Below, piece after piece: positions 46,826-55,971 of a DNA stretch of 64,000 bases. Position numbers and translations under genes: made by a program. Origin of the DNA: Parcubacteria group bacterium (GTDB lineage: Bacteria; Patescibacteriota; Microgenomatia; UBA1400; PJMF01); NCBI GenBank assembly GCA_943350175.1, contig CALQZX010000001.1, positions 97,702-161,701 of the forward strand. Reading direction: 5' to 3'. The notes below the pieces were generated by a model that saw nothing but the letters and a program-made list of their open reading frames with translations, did not search any database and was not told where the DNA came from. Within the stretch, counting starts at the first letter, position 1. Each line of letters begins with the position of its first letter.

Positions 46826-47773
46826 TTATTGACAGTTTAGAGCTAAGCGCAAGCTAGTTAAATTTTCTCTTTGGATGGAAAAGTAGTTCTCACCACTTTG
46901 TTCTTCCTCATCGCTCAAGCCTTCAATAGGATTAAAAACCAGAGTTCCTGCGCCAATTTCCTTGGCTATGGTCTCGGAAATTTTTGGACTGACTAGAGTT
47001 TCAAAGAAAATGTAACTGATGTTATTTTCTCTAGCTAATTTAGTGGTGGCAGCGATTTTTGCTGGCGATGGATCTTCATCAGGATTTAAGCCTTGTATAG
47101 CAATTTGTTCGAAGCCATATCTTTTAGCTAAATAGGCAAAAGCGGCGTGAGAAGTAATAACTTTATCATTTTGACAATTGGCCAAGCCAAGCTTAAATTC
47201 ATTATCTAGTTCAGCTAGTTTTTGCAGCAATTTTTCGGTATTTTCTTGATAATTTTTGGTGTTGTTTGGGTCAATTTCTTTTAATTTTTCATTAATTAAC
47301 TCGACTTCCTTTTGAGCTAAAACAGGGTCTAGCCAGACGTGAGAGTCGGTTTCTAAGATTCCATCTTCTTCGAATTTTAAGTCGGCCAGATTTTCTGCAA
47401 CTTTTAGAATTTGTTTGTTGTTGGTATTTATTTCATTATCAAATTTTCCAAGCCAGCTTTCAAAAAAAGCGCCATTTACGATTAGAAGTTGGCTATTTTC
47501 AATAGTCATAATATCTTTTGTGCTTGGTTCATAATCGTGAGGCTCGCCCCCGGTTTTGGTAAGGTTAATTACTTCTGCTCTGTCCCCAGTTATTTCCTTG
47601 GTGAGAAAATATAAAGGATAGAAAGATGTTGTAATTAATGTTTTGTTATCTTGTGTTTGTTTTTGAGATGGTTGATTTCGGAGCGAAAAACCATAGAGAG
47701 CTTTTCCAGCTAAAGCAGCAAAAAGAAAAATGAGGCCGCTAATTGTGGCTTTTTTTAATGACATTTTTTGCAT
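46826..47773 (-). CDS. znuA: Metal ABC transporter substrate-binding protein (ZnuA/TroA family)
   Basis: 315 aa. Signal peptide and a TroA-like two-lobe SBP (GEPHDYEPS, HAAFAYL). Confidence 0.8.
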   Translation of the reverse strand: MQKMSLKKATISGLIFLFAALAGKALYGFSLRNQPSQKQTQDNKTLITTSFYPLYFLTKEITGDRAEVINLTKTGGEPHDYEPSTKDIMTIENSQLLIVNGAFFESWLGKFDNEINTNNKQILKVAENLADLKFEEDGILETDSHVWLDPVLAQKEVELINEKLKEIDPNNTKNYQENTEKLLQKLAELDNEFKLGLANCQNDKVITSHAAFAYLAKRYGFEQIAIQGLNPDEDPSPAKIAATTKLARENNISYIFFETLVSPKISETIAKEIGAGTLVFNPIEGLSDEEEQSGENYFSIQRENLTSLRLALNCQ

Positions 47774-48156
47774 AGGCCGAAAAATTCCAAGTGGTGACTC
47801 TTAATTTGAAAAGAACTGTTTTTCTTCGCTGCTTGAATGAGCAGTTTTTCATCAAGGCAAATGTCTTCAATCTTGCCACATTTTTCACACTGCACATGGT
47901 GGTGGTGTTGATGATCAGCTAATTCATAAACTGAAATTTTATTTTTGAACTGAGTTTCTTCAATTAGTTTCAATTCGACAAAACTAGCTAAAGTTCTATA
48001 AACAGTGACTTTATCGATTTTAATATTTTTCTTTTTTAATTTTTCAATGATTTGAAGAACGCTCTGCGGCTCGTGATCTAGGCTCGCAAAGATTTCCTGA
48101 CGTGGTTTGGTCAGGCGATAGCCTTTGGCAGCGAGTTGTTTTTTGATTTCAACCAT
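47755..48156 (-). CDS. zur: Fur family transcriptional regulator (likely Zur)
   Basis: Start at MVEIKKQLAAKGYRLTKPRQEIFASL (Fur N-terminal DNA-binding helix). C-terminal HHHHVQCEKCGK...C..C metal sites. The ORF-track N-terminal extension to 48405 is probably not translated. Confidence 0.75.
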   Translation of the reverse strand: MVEIKKQLAAKGYRLTKPRQEIFASLDHEPQSVLQIIEKLKKKNIKIDKVTVYRTLASFVELKLIEETQFKNKISVYELADHQHHHHVQCEKCGKIEDICLDEKLLIQAAKKNSSFQIKSHHLEFFGLCKKCH

Positions 48157-48163
48157 TCTTATA

Positions 48164-48186
48164 TTATTGCAAATGAGTTGCAATAA
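48164..48186. promoter_or_regulatory. Perfect 9-4-9 (spacer ATGAG is 5 bp) palindrome, candidate Zur/Fur box in the zur / antiporter divergent promoter
   Basis: TTATTGCAA-atgag-TTGCAATAA, a perfect inverted repeat immediately upstream of the zur start. Confidence 0.5.
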
Positions 48187-48256
48187 GTCAAACGCTTCAT
48201 CTACTAGCAAATTACTCCAACTATCCTTACTTGGTGAAATTTGCTTTAATAATGTC

Positions 48257-49216
48257 ATGCCTTCTTTTGATATTATGGTTTTTGTTTCAGCTTTGTTGCT
48301 CTTGTGGCTGGGAGCTAATTTCGTTACTAGCTCTGCTTCTCGTTTAGCCAAGTCATGGGGCATGTCAGAGGGTTTCGTGGGCATGACGATCGTTGCTCTG
48401 GGCACAAGTTTTCCAGAAATTACTCTGGCGATTACTGGCGCCTTTCAAAAATTGGCAGGTCAGGACACTTCGGACATTGTGATTGGTAATACCATCGGAG
48501 CTTCAATGAATCAGCTGATTCTGATTGTGGCAATTTCTGGATTGCTCAAAGCAATTACCTTTAAAAAGAAAAATGTTTTTTTTAATGCAACTTTTGTTAT
48601 AGCAGCTGCCGCTGTTTTTTATACTTTTAGTCGTGATGCTGTAATATCTCCAATTGAAGGAGTTTCTCTCCTTGGATTTTATGCTGTTTATCTTCTCTAC
48701 CTCAGTCGTCAAAATTTTTTGGAACAAATCGCCACAAAAATTAAGAATAAATTGCCTAGAAAAAAGATGAAGTTTAAAGATATTCTTTTGCTGCTTTTTG
48801 GTTTGGTAGTTATTGTTAAGTCTTCACAAATTGTTCTAGATAAAGGTATCGATTTGGCCATGCAACTCGGCATTAGCGAGACGACAGTAGGCATTGTTTT
48901 GCTTGGTTTTGGCGTGAGTTTGCCAGAGCTGGTGATTGCAATCACCGCGGCGATGAAAGGATCCAGAGATCTTTCGATCGGAAATTTGGTGGGTGGAACG
49001 GTGGTTAATATTTGTGTGGCGATGGCTGCTGGAGCATCGATTAGTGGCTGGAACGTGGATCGAGGCTTGATGCAGTTCGATATTCCTTACTTGCTTTTTA
49101 GTGTTATCATTGTCGTTCTGTTTATAGCTAGCAGAAATAAGCTGGATAAGAAGGAATCAATTCTCTTGCTTTCTCTTTATCTAATTTACCTTTCGCTCAA
49201 AGCAATTAATTTATAA
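48257..49216 (+). CDS. Ca2+/Na+ antiporter (CaCA family, YrbG-like)
   Basis: Start at MPSFDIMVFVSALLLLWLGANF. Two alpha-repeat regions (GMTIVALGTSFPE and GIVLLGFGVSLPE). Confidence 0.75.
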   Translation: MPSFDIMVFVSALLLLWLGANFVTSSASRLAKSWGMSEGFVGMTIVALGTSFPEITLAITGAFQKLAGQDTSDIVIGNTIGASMNQLILIVAISGLLKAITFKKKNVFFNATFVIAAAAVFYTFSRDAVISPIEGVSLLGFYAVYLLYLSRQNFLEQIATKIKNKLPRKKMKFKDILLLLFGLVVIVKSSQIVLDKGIDLAMQLGISETTVGIVLLGFGVSLPELVIAITAAMKGSRDLSIGNLVGGTVVNICVAMAAGASISGWNVDRGLMQFDIPYLLFSVIIVVLFIASRNKLDKKESILLLSLYLIYLSLKAINL

Positions 49217-49219
49217 TTT

Positions 49220-50290
49220 ATGAAGAATTGGCAACTAATTAAGAGTAATCCGCTTCTTAAAGAGCGTTTTTTACTTCGTGAAAAGGTAACTGATTCAATT
49301 CGTTTATTCTTCAAAAGTAATGGTTTTCATGAAATGGAAACACCACTTATGGTTGCTGCACCAGGCGCCGAACCATACTTAAATCTCTTCGAAACTTCCT
49401 TGCAATTGCCTGATGGTCAGGCCAAGCAAGCTTATTTTCTAACCAGTCCTGAGTATGCCCTTAAAAAATTATTAGCAGCTGGCTTTGGTAGTATTTTTGA
49501 AATTTGCAAAACTTTTCGAAATCGAGAAAGTTTGGGCGGTACTCATAATCCAGAGTTTACCATTTTAGAGTTTTATCATAGTCAGGCTAATTATTTAGAT
49601 GTGATGAATGATTTTGAAAAAATGCTCTCTTTTATTTGCCAGACTTTAAAAATCGATGCTAAGAATTTTGTTTATCAAGGCAGGACTTTTGATTTAAGCT
49701 CTCCTTATTTAAGAATGAGCGTGGCTGAATTATTTCAAAAATATTTAAATTTGAACGCTGATGAGCTTTTGAATCTCGCAGCTCTTAGAAATAAAGCAAA
49801 AACTTTGGGTTATGATTTATCTGGTGTTGAGAACTTGTCTGCAGATTTAGCTTGGGAAGAAATTTACAATCAGCTCTTCCTGAACGAAATTGAGTCAAAA
49901 TTGGCAGAATTCAATCAGCCAGTCATTGTCTGTGATTATCCAGCTCCTCAGGCAGCTTTGGCTAGAAAAAAGACAGACGATCCTCGTTTTGCCGAACGCT
50001 TTGAAGTTTATCTGGGCGGCATGGAACTGGGCAATGCTTTTGGTGAATTGATTGATGCGGATGAGCAAAAAAAACGCTTAGAAGCTGATTTGCAGTTGCG
50101 CAAGGAACTTGGCAAAAAAGAACAAAAAATAGATCAGGATTTTATTGCTGCTTTGGAGTCAGGTTTGCCAGAATGTAGCGGTATGGCGGTTGGTATTGAT
50201 CGCTTAATTATGCTTTTTGCTGATGTAAGTAATATCGATGAAGTTTTACTTTTTCCAGCCAGTGAGTTATTTTCCCCCTTCGGGGACTAG
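49220..50290 (+). CDS. epmA: Elongation factor P--(R)-beta-lysine ligase (EpmA/PoxA, truncated class II LysRS paralog)
   Basis: 356 aa. Class II aaRS catalytic core without an anticodon-binding domain (FRNRE motif 2, GMAVGIDRL motif 3). Immediately upstream of efp. Confidence 0.75.
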   Translation: MKNWQLIKSNPLLKERFLLREKVTDSIRLFFKSNGFHEMETPLMVAAPGAEPYLNLFETSLQLPDGQAKQAYFLTSPEYALKKLLAAGFGSIFEICKTFRNRESLGGTHNPEFTILEFYHSQANYLDVMNDFEKMLSFICQTLKIDAKNFVYQGRTFDLSSPYLRMSVAELFQKYLNLNADELLNLAALRNKAKTLGYDLSGVENLSADLAWEEIYNQLFLNEIESKLAEFNQPVIVCDYPAPQAALARKKTDDPRFAERFEVYLGGMELGNAFGELIDADEQKKRLEADLQLRKELGKKEQKIDQDFIAALESGLPECSGMAVGIDRLIMLFADVSNIDEVLLFPASELFSPFGD

Positions 50291-50372
50291 GCGGGCGTGT
50301 CAAGCTTCGCTTGATCCACGACTCGCCGTCGTTGACTAAATCGAGTAGCTTGGCGTAGAATAGCAGAATCTT

Positions 50373-50942
50373 ATGTCAACAACAAAAGCCGGTAATATCA
50401 AAAAAGGTTCTTATATCCTCTATAAGGATTTGCCTCACTACGTCATCAAGACCCAGTTTGTCTCTCCAGGTAAGGGTTCAGCTTTTACCAGAGTTAAGAT
50501 GCGTGACATGCGCAATGGCTCTACTCTAGAATTTAACTTCAAATCTCATGACAACATTGAAGAATTAGACGTTGAAACCAAAGAAATGCAATTTCTCTAT
50601 CTTGATGGTGGCGACGTTGTTTTCATGGATCCACGTACTTACGAACAAATGACCGTTCCTGGTCATATTTTGGACGACAAAGTTCAAATGCTCACTTCTG
50701 AAATCAAAGTTTATTTAACTGTTTATGATGAAAAAGTGATCGGTGTGGTTTTGCCACCAAAAGTCAGAATGGTTGTCGCTGATGCTCAAGATGCTATCTC
50801 TGGTGATCGTCAAACTGCTGGCAAAAAACCAGTGACTATGGAGAGTGGATTGATCGTGCAAGCTCCTCTATTTATTCATACTGGTGATACTCTTTTGATT
50901 GATACAGAAACTGCTGATTACGTTTCTAGAGTTAATGATTAA
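50373..50942 (+). CDS. efp: Elongation factor P
   Basis: 189 aa. The KOW-like N-domain with the SPGKGSAF loop (modifiable Lys) and OB domains II/III. Confidence 0.9.
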   Translation: MSTTKAGNIKKGSYILYKDLPHYVIKTQFVSPGKGSAFTRVKMRDMRNGSTLEFNFKSHDNIEELDVETKEMQFLYLDGGDVVFMDPRTYEQMTVPGHILDDKVQMLTSEIKVYLTVYDEKVIGVVLPPKVRMVVADAQDAISGDRQTAGKKPVTMESGLIVQAPLFIHTGDTLLIDTETADYVSRVND

Positions 50943-51074
50943 TTGGAGGCTATCAAAAGTTTATTTTTTGATATGCACAGCATCTTTCATACCAGCTCCT
51001 TTTTTGTTTTGCAAAAAAGTAGGGTCTGAAATATAATATCGCTGGTCTCGCGAGAGATTTTGTATTTTTAACAA

Positions 51075-51147
51075 GGGTCCGTAGCTCAGTCGGTAGAGCA
51101 GAAGCCTTTTAAGCTTTGTGTCGTGGGTTCGAGTCCCACCGGACTCA
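51075..51147 (+). tRNA. tRNA-Lys (anticodon TTT)
   Basis: GGGTCCGTAGCTCAGTCGGTAGAGCA, anticodon arm GAAGC-CTTTTAA-GCTTT, T-arm GTGGGTTCGAGTCCCAC, acceptor CGGACTC-A. Confidence 0.85.
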
Positions 51148-53037
51148 CAAGTTAGCAGCATTTGCCCCGAACTGTTTCAGTTCGTCTTCATGCAAAACCT
51201 TTTTTCTTGCCATGTTGATAAGGATTTGCTGCGGCAGTCGCAGATAAATATCAATTTCGTACGGAACCATTTGTTCTCGATCATTTAGTCCAATTGTCCC
51301 TGCTGTGTGGAGAGTCATTCCAGATATCTGCAGTTTATTCTCAGGCCTATTACTGTAATTGCCGGTTTTTCTTCTTCCTGGAATCTTGTCAGAAGGATCG
51401 GGTCTTCTAGAATGAACAACAATGCCATCGATAATCATGTGAAGAATCTCAAAGATTTTTTCTCTGTCCTCTTGGATATCATTGAGTTTGTCGACATATT
51501 TTTGAGAAAATAGCTCAAGTGAAATCTCATAGGCTTGAAGATTTGCTTTTTGACCAATTTGTAATTCCAACTTTTCTTGTTCCTCGGACAACCTTTTTTG
51601 TTCCAAGTCATAATCTTTCACTTTAGCAAGCATGGTGTCGGTATCAATAATTCCAAACTCATGCTGTTCTTTGACTCTACTAATCATGTTTGGAAGTGCA
51701 TTTAGCAACCTACGGAGTTCATCTCTTCTATCTCTGAGTCTGGTGAGCTCAATTTTATTGGACTCAAGTTCCCTTTGATAGTCAAATACTGACTTTGGAT
51801 CTAGCAAAAGATTTCGCACATACTCAACAACAAATTCCTCAATTTTATCTGCTGGCAAGGGCAAAACATTGCATGGATAGCTTGTCTTTCGAGCATTTCT
51901 GTTGCCACATTTGTAATAATGACTAAACCGACCAGTTGATTTGACTTTTTTTCGATCGCCGACCCATGTAGAAAGATCTCTCATTAGCATGGTTTTTCGA
52001 CAATGACTGCATCTAAGCAATCCGCCAAGTAAATAAACATTTTTACTGTTTTGAGGTAAAGCTATAACCTTGTTGTATTTTGGTTTCTCCTTGAGAGAAT
52101 TTGCTGCCATTTTGAACAAATAATCATCAATGATAGCCTGATGTCTATGTGGAGATAGTTTCCATTTACTTGGTTCAACTCTTTTGCCATTTTCATTTTT
52201 CCCATAGTAATATTTGCCAAGATAGACCTCATCTTGAAGAATCTTTGCGACTACATTCGCTCGCCAAAAATATGCGGTGTTTTTCTTTTGACTTGTTCCT
52301 CGTCTTTTTTTGTAAAAAACAGCGGAGGCCTCTGGTGAAAGAACTTTTTTGGACGCTAAGTGATCAGCGATTTGTTGCTCAGTGTAATTCTGGGTAACAA
52401 ACATGTCGAAGATATTGCGTATAACTAGAGCTTCTTCTTCTAAAATCTCTATTGTTCCATCCAACTTCTTTTTGTAACCAAAAGGAGGGGCACTTCCCAT
52501 CCACACACCTTGCTTTACCGCTTCTCTTCGCCCATCTTGTGTTCTTAGTTTTGTGGTTTCAATTTCAAGCTCAGCAATGACTCCAATAATTCCAAGCATG
52601 GCTTTACCAAAAGGAGTTGATGTATCAATACTCTCATTTGCCGATAAAAACTCAACCTTATTTTTCTCAAGATAGCCAATAATATTGAGCAGTTCCTGCA
52701 ACCTTCTGGCAAAACGATCAATTTTGTACACAACTACTAGATCAAAAGGCTTTTTGTCGCTGTTGGCTAGTTCTTCAGTGAGACGGCGAAATGCTGGACG
52801 CTCAAGCATTGGGGTAGTTCCACTAATGTCGTCCTTGAAGATAAACTTATCATCAACTATATATTTATCTCTGCCATCGGGAAATTTCTTTGATTGAACA
52901 AGACTCCTTATGGCTTGCTCTTGTAAGTCCAGACCATACTTTTCCTTCTGATCCTCAGTAGATACCCTCAAGTAAAGGGCTACTCGCTTCTGCTCATTAT
53001 CTTCATTATTCATTTTTTGCATTCTTCTAATAAACAA
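51145..53037 (-). CDS. Large serine recombinase (site-specific integrase/resolvase family)
   Basis: 630 aa. N-terminal resolvase catalytic domain VALYLRVSTEDQ (Ser nucleophile), recombinase domain, Cys-rich zinc ribbon (CSHCRK...CGNRNARKTSYPC), coiled-coil. The stop codon overlaps the last 3 nt of tRNA-Lys(TTT). Confidence 0.85.
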   Translation of the reverse strand: MFIRRMQKMNNEDNEQKRVALYLRVSTEDQKEKYGLDLQEQAIRSLVQSKKFPDGRDKYIVDDKFIFKDDISGTTPMLERPAFRRLTEELANSDKKPFDLVVVYKIDRFARRLQELLNIIGYLEKNKVEFLSANESIDTSTPFGKAMLGIIGVIAELEIETTKLRTQDGRREAVKQGVWMGSAPPFGYKKKLDGTIEILEEEALVIRNIFDMFVTQNYTEQQIADHLASKKVLSPEASAVFYKKRRGTSQKKNTAYFWRANVVAKILQDEVYLGKYYYGKNENGKRVEPSKWKLSPHRHQAIIDDYLFKMAANSLKEKPKYNKVIALPQNSKNVYLLGGLLRCSHCRKTMLMRDLSTWVGDRKKVKSTGRFSHYYKCGNRNARKTSYPCNVLPLPADKIEEFVVEYVRNLLLDPKSVFDYQRELESNKIELTRLRDRRDELRRLLNALPNMISRVKEQHEFGIIDTDTMLAKVKDYDLEQKRLSEEQEKLELQIGQKANLQAYEISLELFSQKYVDKLNDIQEDREKIFEILHMIIDGIVVHSRRPDPSDKIPGRRKTGNYSNRPENKLQISGMTLHTAGTIGLNDREQMVPYEIDIYLRLPQQILINMARKKVLHEDELKQFGANAANL

Positions 53038-53063
53038 GGATGCAGTACCTAGAACTATATGAA

Positions 53064-53453
53064 CTAGTGCTGGTCGACTTGTTTATAGAGGTGATAAAGG
53101 AGCCTGTCGTTCTCAGTCTTCGCCGATTTGACGAAAACTCCAATTTGCTGATCCTTACCCCTGTAATCTCTATATCTCAAAGGCTTTTCTGTATCAATTT
53201 GCATAGAGACAACCTCAAACTTATCAAAATCAAAGATCTGTTCTTTGCTCTCAAGTTTGGATTGAAGCTCAATTATTTCTTCCGTCTCAAAGTCAGTTTG
53301 ATCTTTCTTAGCAATTACCAGTGAATCAAAGTTTTCGTATGCTGATTGATGAAAGTAAGGATAAATCTCAATCCTCTGTTTGAGAGGATTAGCCATGATC
53401 TTCAGTAGCTTTGGTTTTACCACAATCTTCGGCAGCTTAGTTTTTGCCTTCAT
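53064..53453 (-). CDS. Hypothetical protein
   Basis: 129 aa, Lys-rich N-terminus. No motif. Confidence 0.4.
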   Translation of the reverse strand: MKAKTKLPKIVVKPKLLKIMANPLKQRIEIYPYFHQSAYENFDSLVIAKKDQTDFETEEIIELQSKLESKEQIFDFDKFEVVSMQIDTEKPLRYRDYRGKDQQIGVFVKSAKTENDRLLYHLYKQVDQH

Positions 53454-53599
53454 TGTGCCAATTATAACTTTTCAATCAAACTTCTTCTTGGGCAAACTAG
53501 CACGATAGTGCGAAATTGCATTTGGGTAGTGAAACCTACGGAAGTATAATGGTAAGAATCGCATAAAAAGCGGGAATACAAGAATGTAAGAATAACGCC

Positions 53600-55969
53600 A
53601 TGGACAAGTCAATCTTTTCAGAACGAGATATTTGCACAAAATATATAGCCCCCGCTTTGGTTCGTTCTGGATGGAATGTTGAAACTCAAATTCGTGAAGA
53701 AGTTTTTTTCACTAAAGGAAGAATTATTGTCCAAGATAAAGTGGTAAAGCGAGGTCAGCCTAAGAGAGCCGACTATATTCTCTACCATAAACCAAACCTA
53801 CCACTTGCCATAATTGAGGCTAAAGACAACAATCATTCGGTTGGTGCAGGCATGCAACAAGGCCTTGAATACGCTGAAACTCTCGATATTCCATTTGTTT
53901 TCAGTTCTAACGGAGACGGCTTCATTTTTCATGACAGGACCGGCTTATCAAGTGAGATTGAAAAACAACTGAGTCTTGATGAATTTCCAACTCCTCAAGA
54001 ACTCTATCAGAAATTTCTTCGTTGGAAACACATTACCCCTGAAGAGGAAGCTATCGTCACTACAGACTATCATGTGGATATTCGTGGTAAGGGACCTCGT
54101 TATTACCAGCAAATAGCCATCAACCGCACGATTGAGGCTGTTGCCAACGACCAAGACAGGATTTTATTAGTCATGGCTACCGGCACAGGTAAAACTTACA
54201 CCGCCTTTCAAATCATGTGGCGACTTTGGAAGTCACGATCAAAGAAACGCATTCTTTTCTTAGCTGATCGTAACATTCTCATTGATCAAGCAAAAAACAA
54301 CGACCTCATTCCTTTTGGTGACAAATTGACTAAGATTACCAATCGTCATGTTGATAAATCTTATGAAGTTTACATGTCACTCTATCAAGCTGTCACTGGC
54401 ACTGAGGAGGAAAGCAATATCTACAAACAATTTAGTCCTGACTTCTTTGACCTCATTATTATTGATGAGTGTCACCGAGGTAGTGCCAGAGCTGACTCGG
54501 CTTGGCGAGAAATTCTTGAATACTTTGGCAATGCAACTCAGATCGGCCTGACTGCTACACCAAAGGAAACCAAAGATGTCTCAAATATCGATTATTTTGG
54601 TGAGCCAATCTACACCTACTCACTCAAGCAAGGTATTGATGATGGCTTTTTGGCCCCTTACAAAGTCGTCCGAATTACCATTGACCGAGATGTTGAGGGT
54701 TACAGACCTGAAAATCATAAAGTTGATGTCTACGGGCGTGAAATTCCTGACGAAGTCTACTACGGTCCTGACTTTGATCGAACGCTCATTATTGATGATC
54801 GCACTAAATTAGTGGCCAAAAAAGTAGTTGAATATCTGCGAGAAACAGATCCCTTCTCCAAGACAATCATTTTTTGTATTGATGTGGAACATGCGGAACG
54901 CATGCGGCAGGCTCTTGTCAATGAAGCTCAAGATTTGTATCAGCAGAATCCTCATTATGTGATGAGAATTACTGGTGATGATGAGGCCGGTAAGGCTGAA
55001 TTAGACAACTTTATTGATCCAGAAAGTAAATATCCCGTTATTGTTACCACTTCCAAACTTTTGACTACTGGCGTGGATGTTCAGACCTGTAAAGTAGTCG
55101 TGCTCGATGCCAATATCAACTCAATGACTGAGTTCAAGCAGATTGTTGGTCGAGGCACTCGCCTGAGAGAAGACTTTGGTAAATATTTTTTCACCATTAT
55201 GGATTTCCGCAACGCTACTGATAATTTTGCTGATCCGAACTTTGACGGTATGCCTGAATCAATTTACGAGCCAGTGATGCCCGCTGAAATCGAGGGAAAA
55301 TTGAAAGAGGAAGCATCTATCTCTACCGCAAGTGAAATCCTATATGATCCAACTGAACCAGCAGATCCACTGGTACTCAGGGAGAATGGCCAGCCATATA
55401 CAACCAGTCGTAAATATCAAGTTCGTGATGTTTTAGTCAAAGTTACAGGTGAACAAGTTCAATTTCTTGATGAGCAAGGTAAGTTGATTGCTCAGAATTT
55501 GGAAGAGTTTTGCCAGAGTAATCTCAAGAATGTCTATCCTGAGCCAGAAGATTTTGTTCATGCTTGGAACCAATCAGATAACAAGAAGTTCTTACTATCA
55601 GAACTTGAGGTTCAAGGTATATTTGTTGAAGAACTGCTTGATAGCATAGATAAAAAACTTGATGAGTATGATTTGATTCTCAAGGTGGGATATGGGAAAG
55701 AAGCCAAAACTCGACAACAAAGAAGAACTAAAATCAATCTTTCTCAGATTCTGCCAAACCTTTCACCTTTGCAATCAAATCTAATCGAAGTTCTACTTGG
55801 AATCTACGAGGCTGAAGGTGTTTCTCATATTGAGGATGTAGCGGTTCTAGAAGTCGGAGCTTTTGCCCAATTTGGTCGTCCTTACGAGATTCTCACTCAA
55901 GTGTTTACCAATCGTGAAGAGTATGCTGAGGCGGTTCAAACAATTATCAAAGCACTCTATCAGGAATAA
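53600..55969 (+). CDS. hsdR: Type I restriction enzyme R subunit
   Basis: 789 aa. N-terminal PD-(D/E)xK nuclease (ADYILYH...IIEAKD), SF2 helicase motifs (ATGTGKT, DECHRG, LTATP, QIVGRGTR). Confidence 0.9.
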   Translation: MDKSIFSERDICTKYIAPALVRSGWNVETQIREEVFFTKGRIIVQDKVVKRGQPKRADYILYHKPNLPLAIIEAKDNNHSVGAGMQQGLEYAETLDIPFVFSSNGDGFIFHDRTGLSSEIEKQLSLDEFPTPQELYQKFLRWKHITPEEEAIVTTDYHVDIRGKGPRYYQQIAINRTIEAVANDQDRILLVMATGTGKTYTAFQIMWRLWKSRSKKRILFLADRNILIDQAKNNDLIPFGDKLTKITNRHVDKSYEVYMSLYQAVTGTEEESNIYKQFSPDFFDLIIIDECHRGSARADSAWREILEYFGNATQIGLTATPKETKDVSNIDYFGEPIYTYSLKQGIDDGFLAPYKVVRITIDRDVEGYRPENHKVDVYGREIPDEVYYGPDFDRTLIIDDRTKLVAKKVVEYLRETDPFSKTIIFCIDVEHAERMRQALVNEAQDLYQQNPHYVMRITGDDEAGKAELDNFIDPESKYPVIVTTSKLLTTGVDVQTCKVVVLDANINSMTEFKQIVGRGTRLREDFGKYFFTIMDFRNATDNFADPNFDGMPESIYEPVMPAEIEGKLKEEASISTASEILYDPTEPADPLVLRENGQPYTTSRKYQVRDVLVKVTGEQVQFLDEQGKLIAQNLEEFCQSNLKNVYPEPEDFVHAWNQSDNKKFLLSELEVQGIFVEELLDSIDKKLDEYDLILKVGYGKEAKTRQQRRTKINLSQILPNLSPLQSNLIEVLLGIYEAEGVSHIEDVAVLEVGAFAQFGRPYEILTQVFTNREEYAEAVQTIIKALYQE

Positions 55970-55971
55970 TT

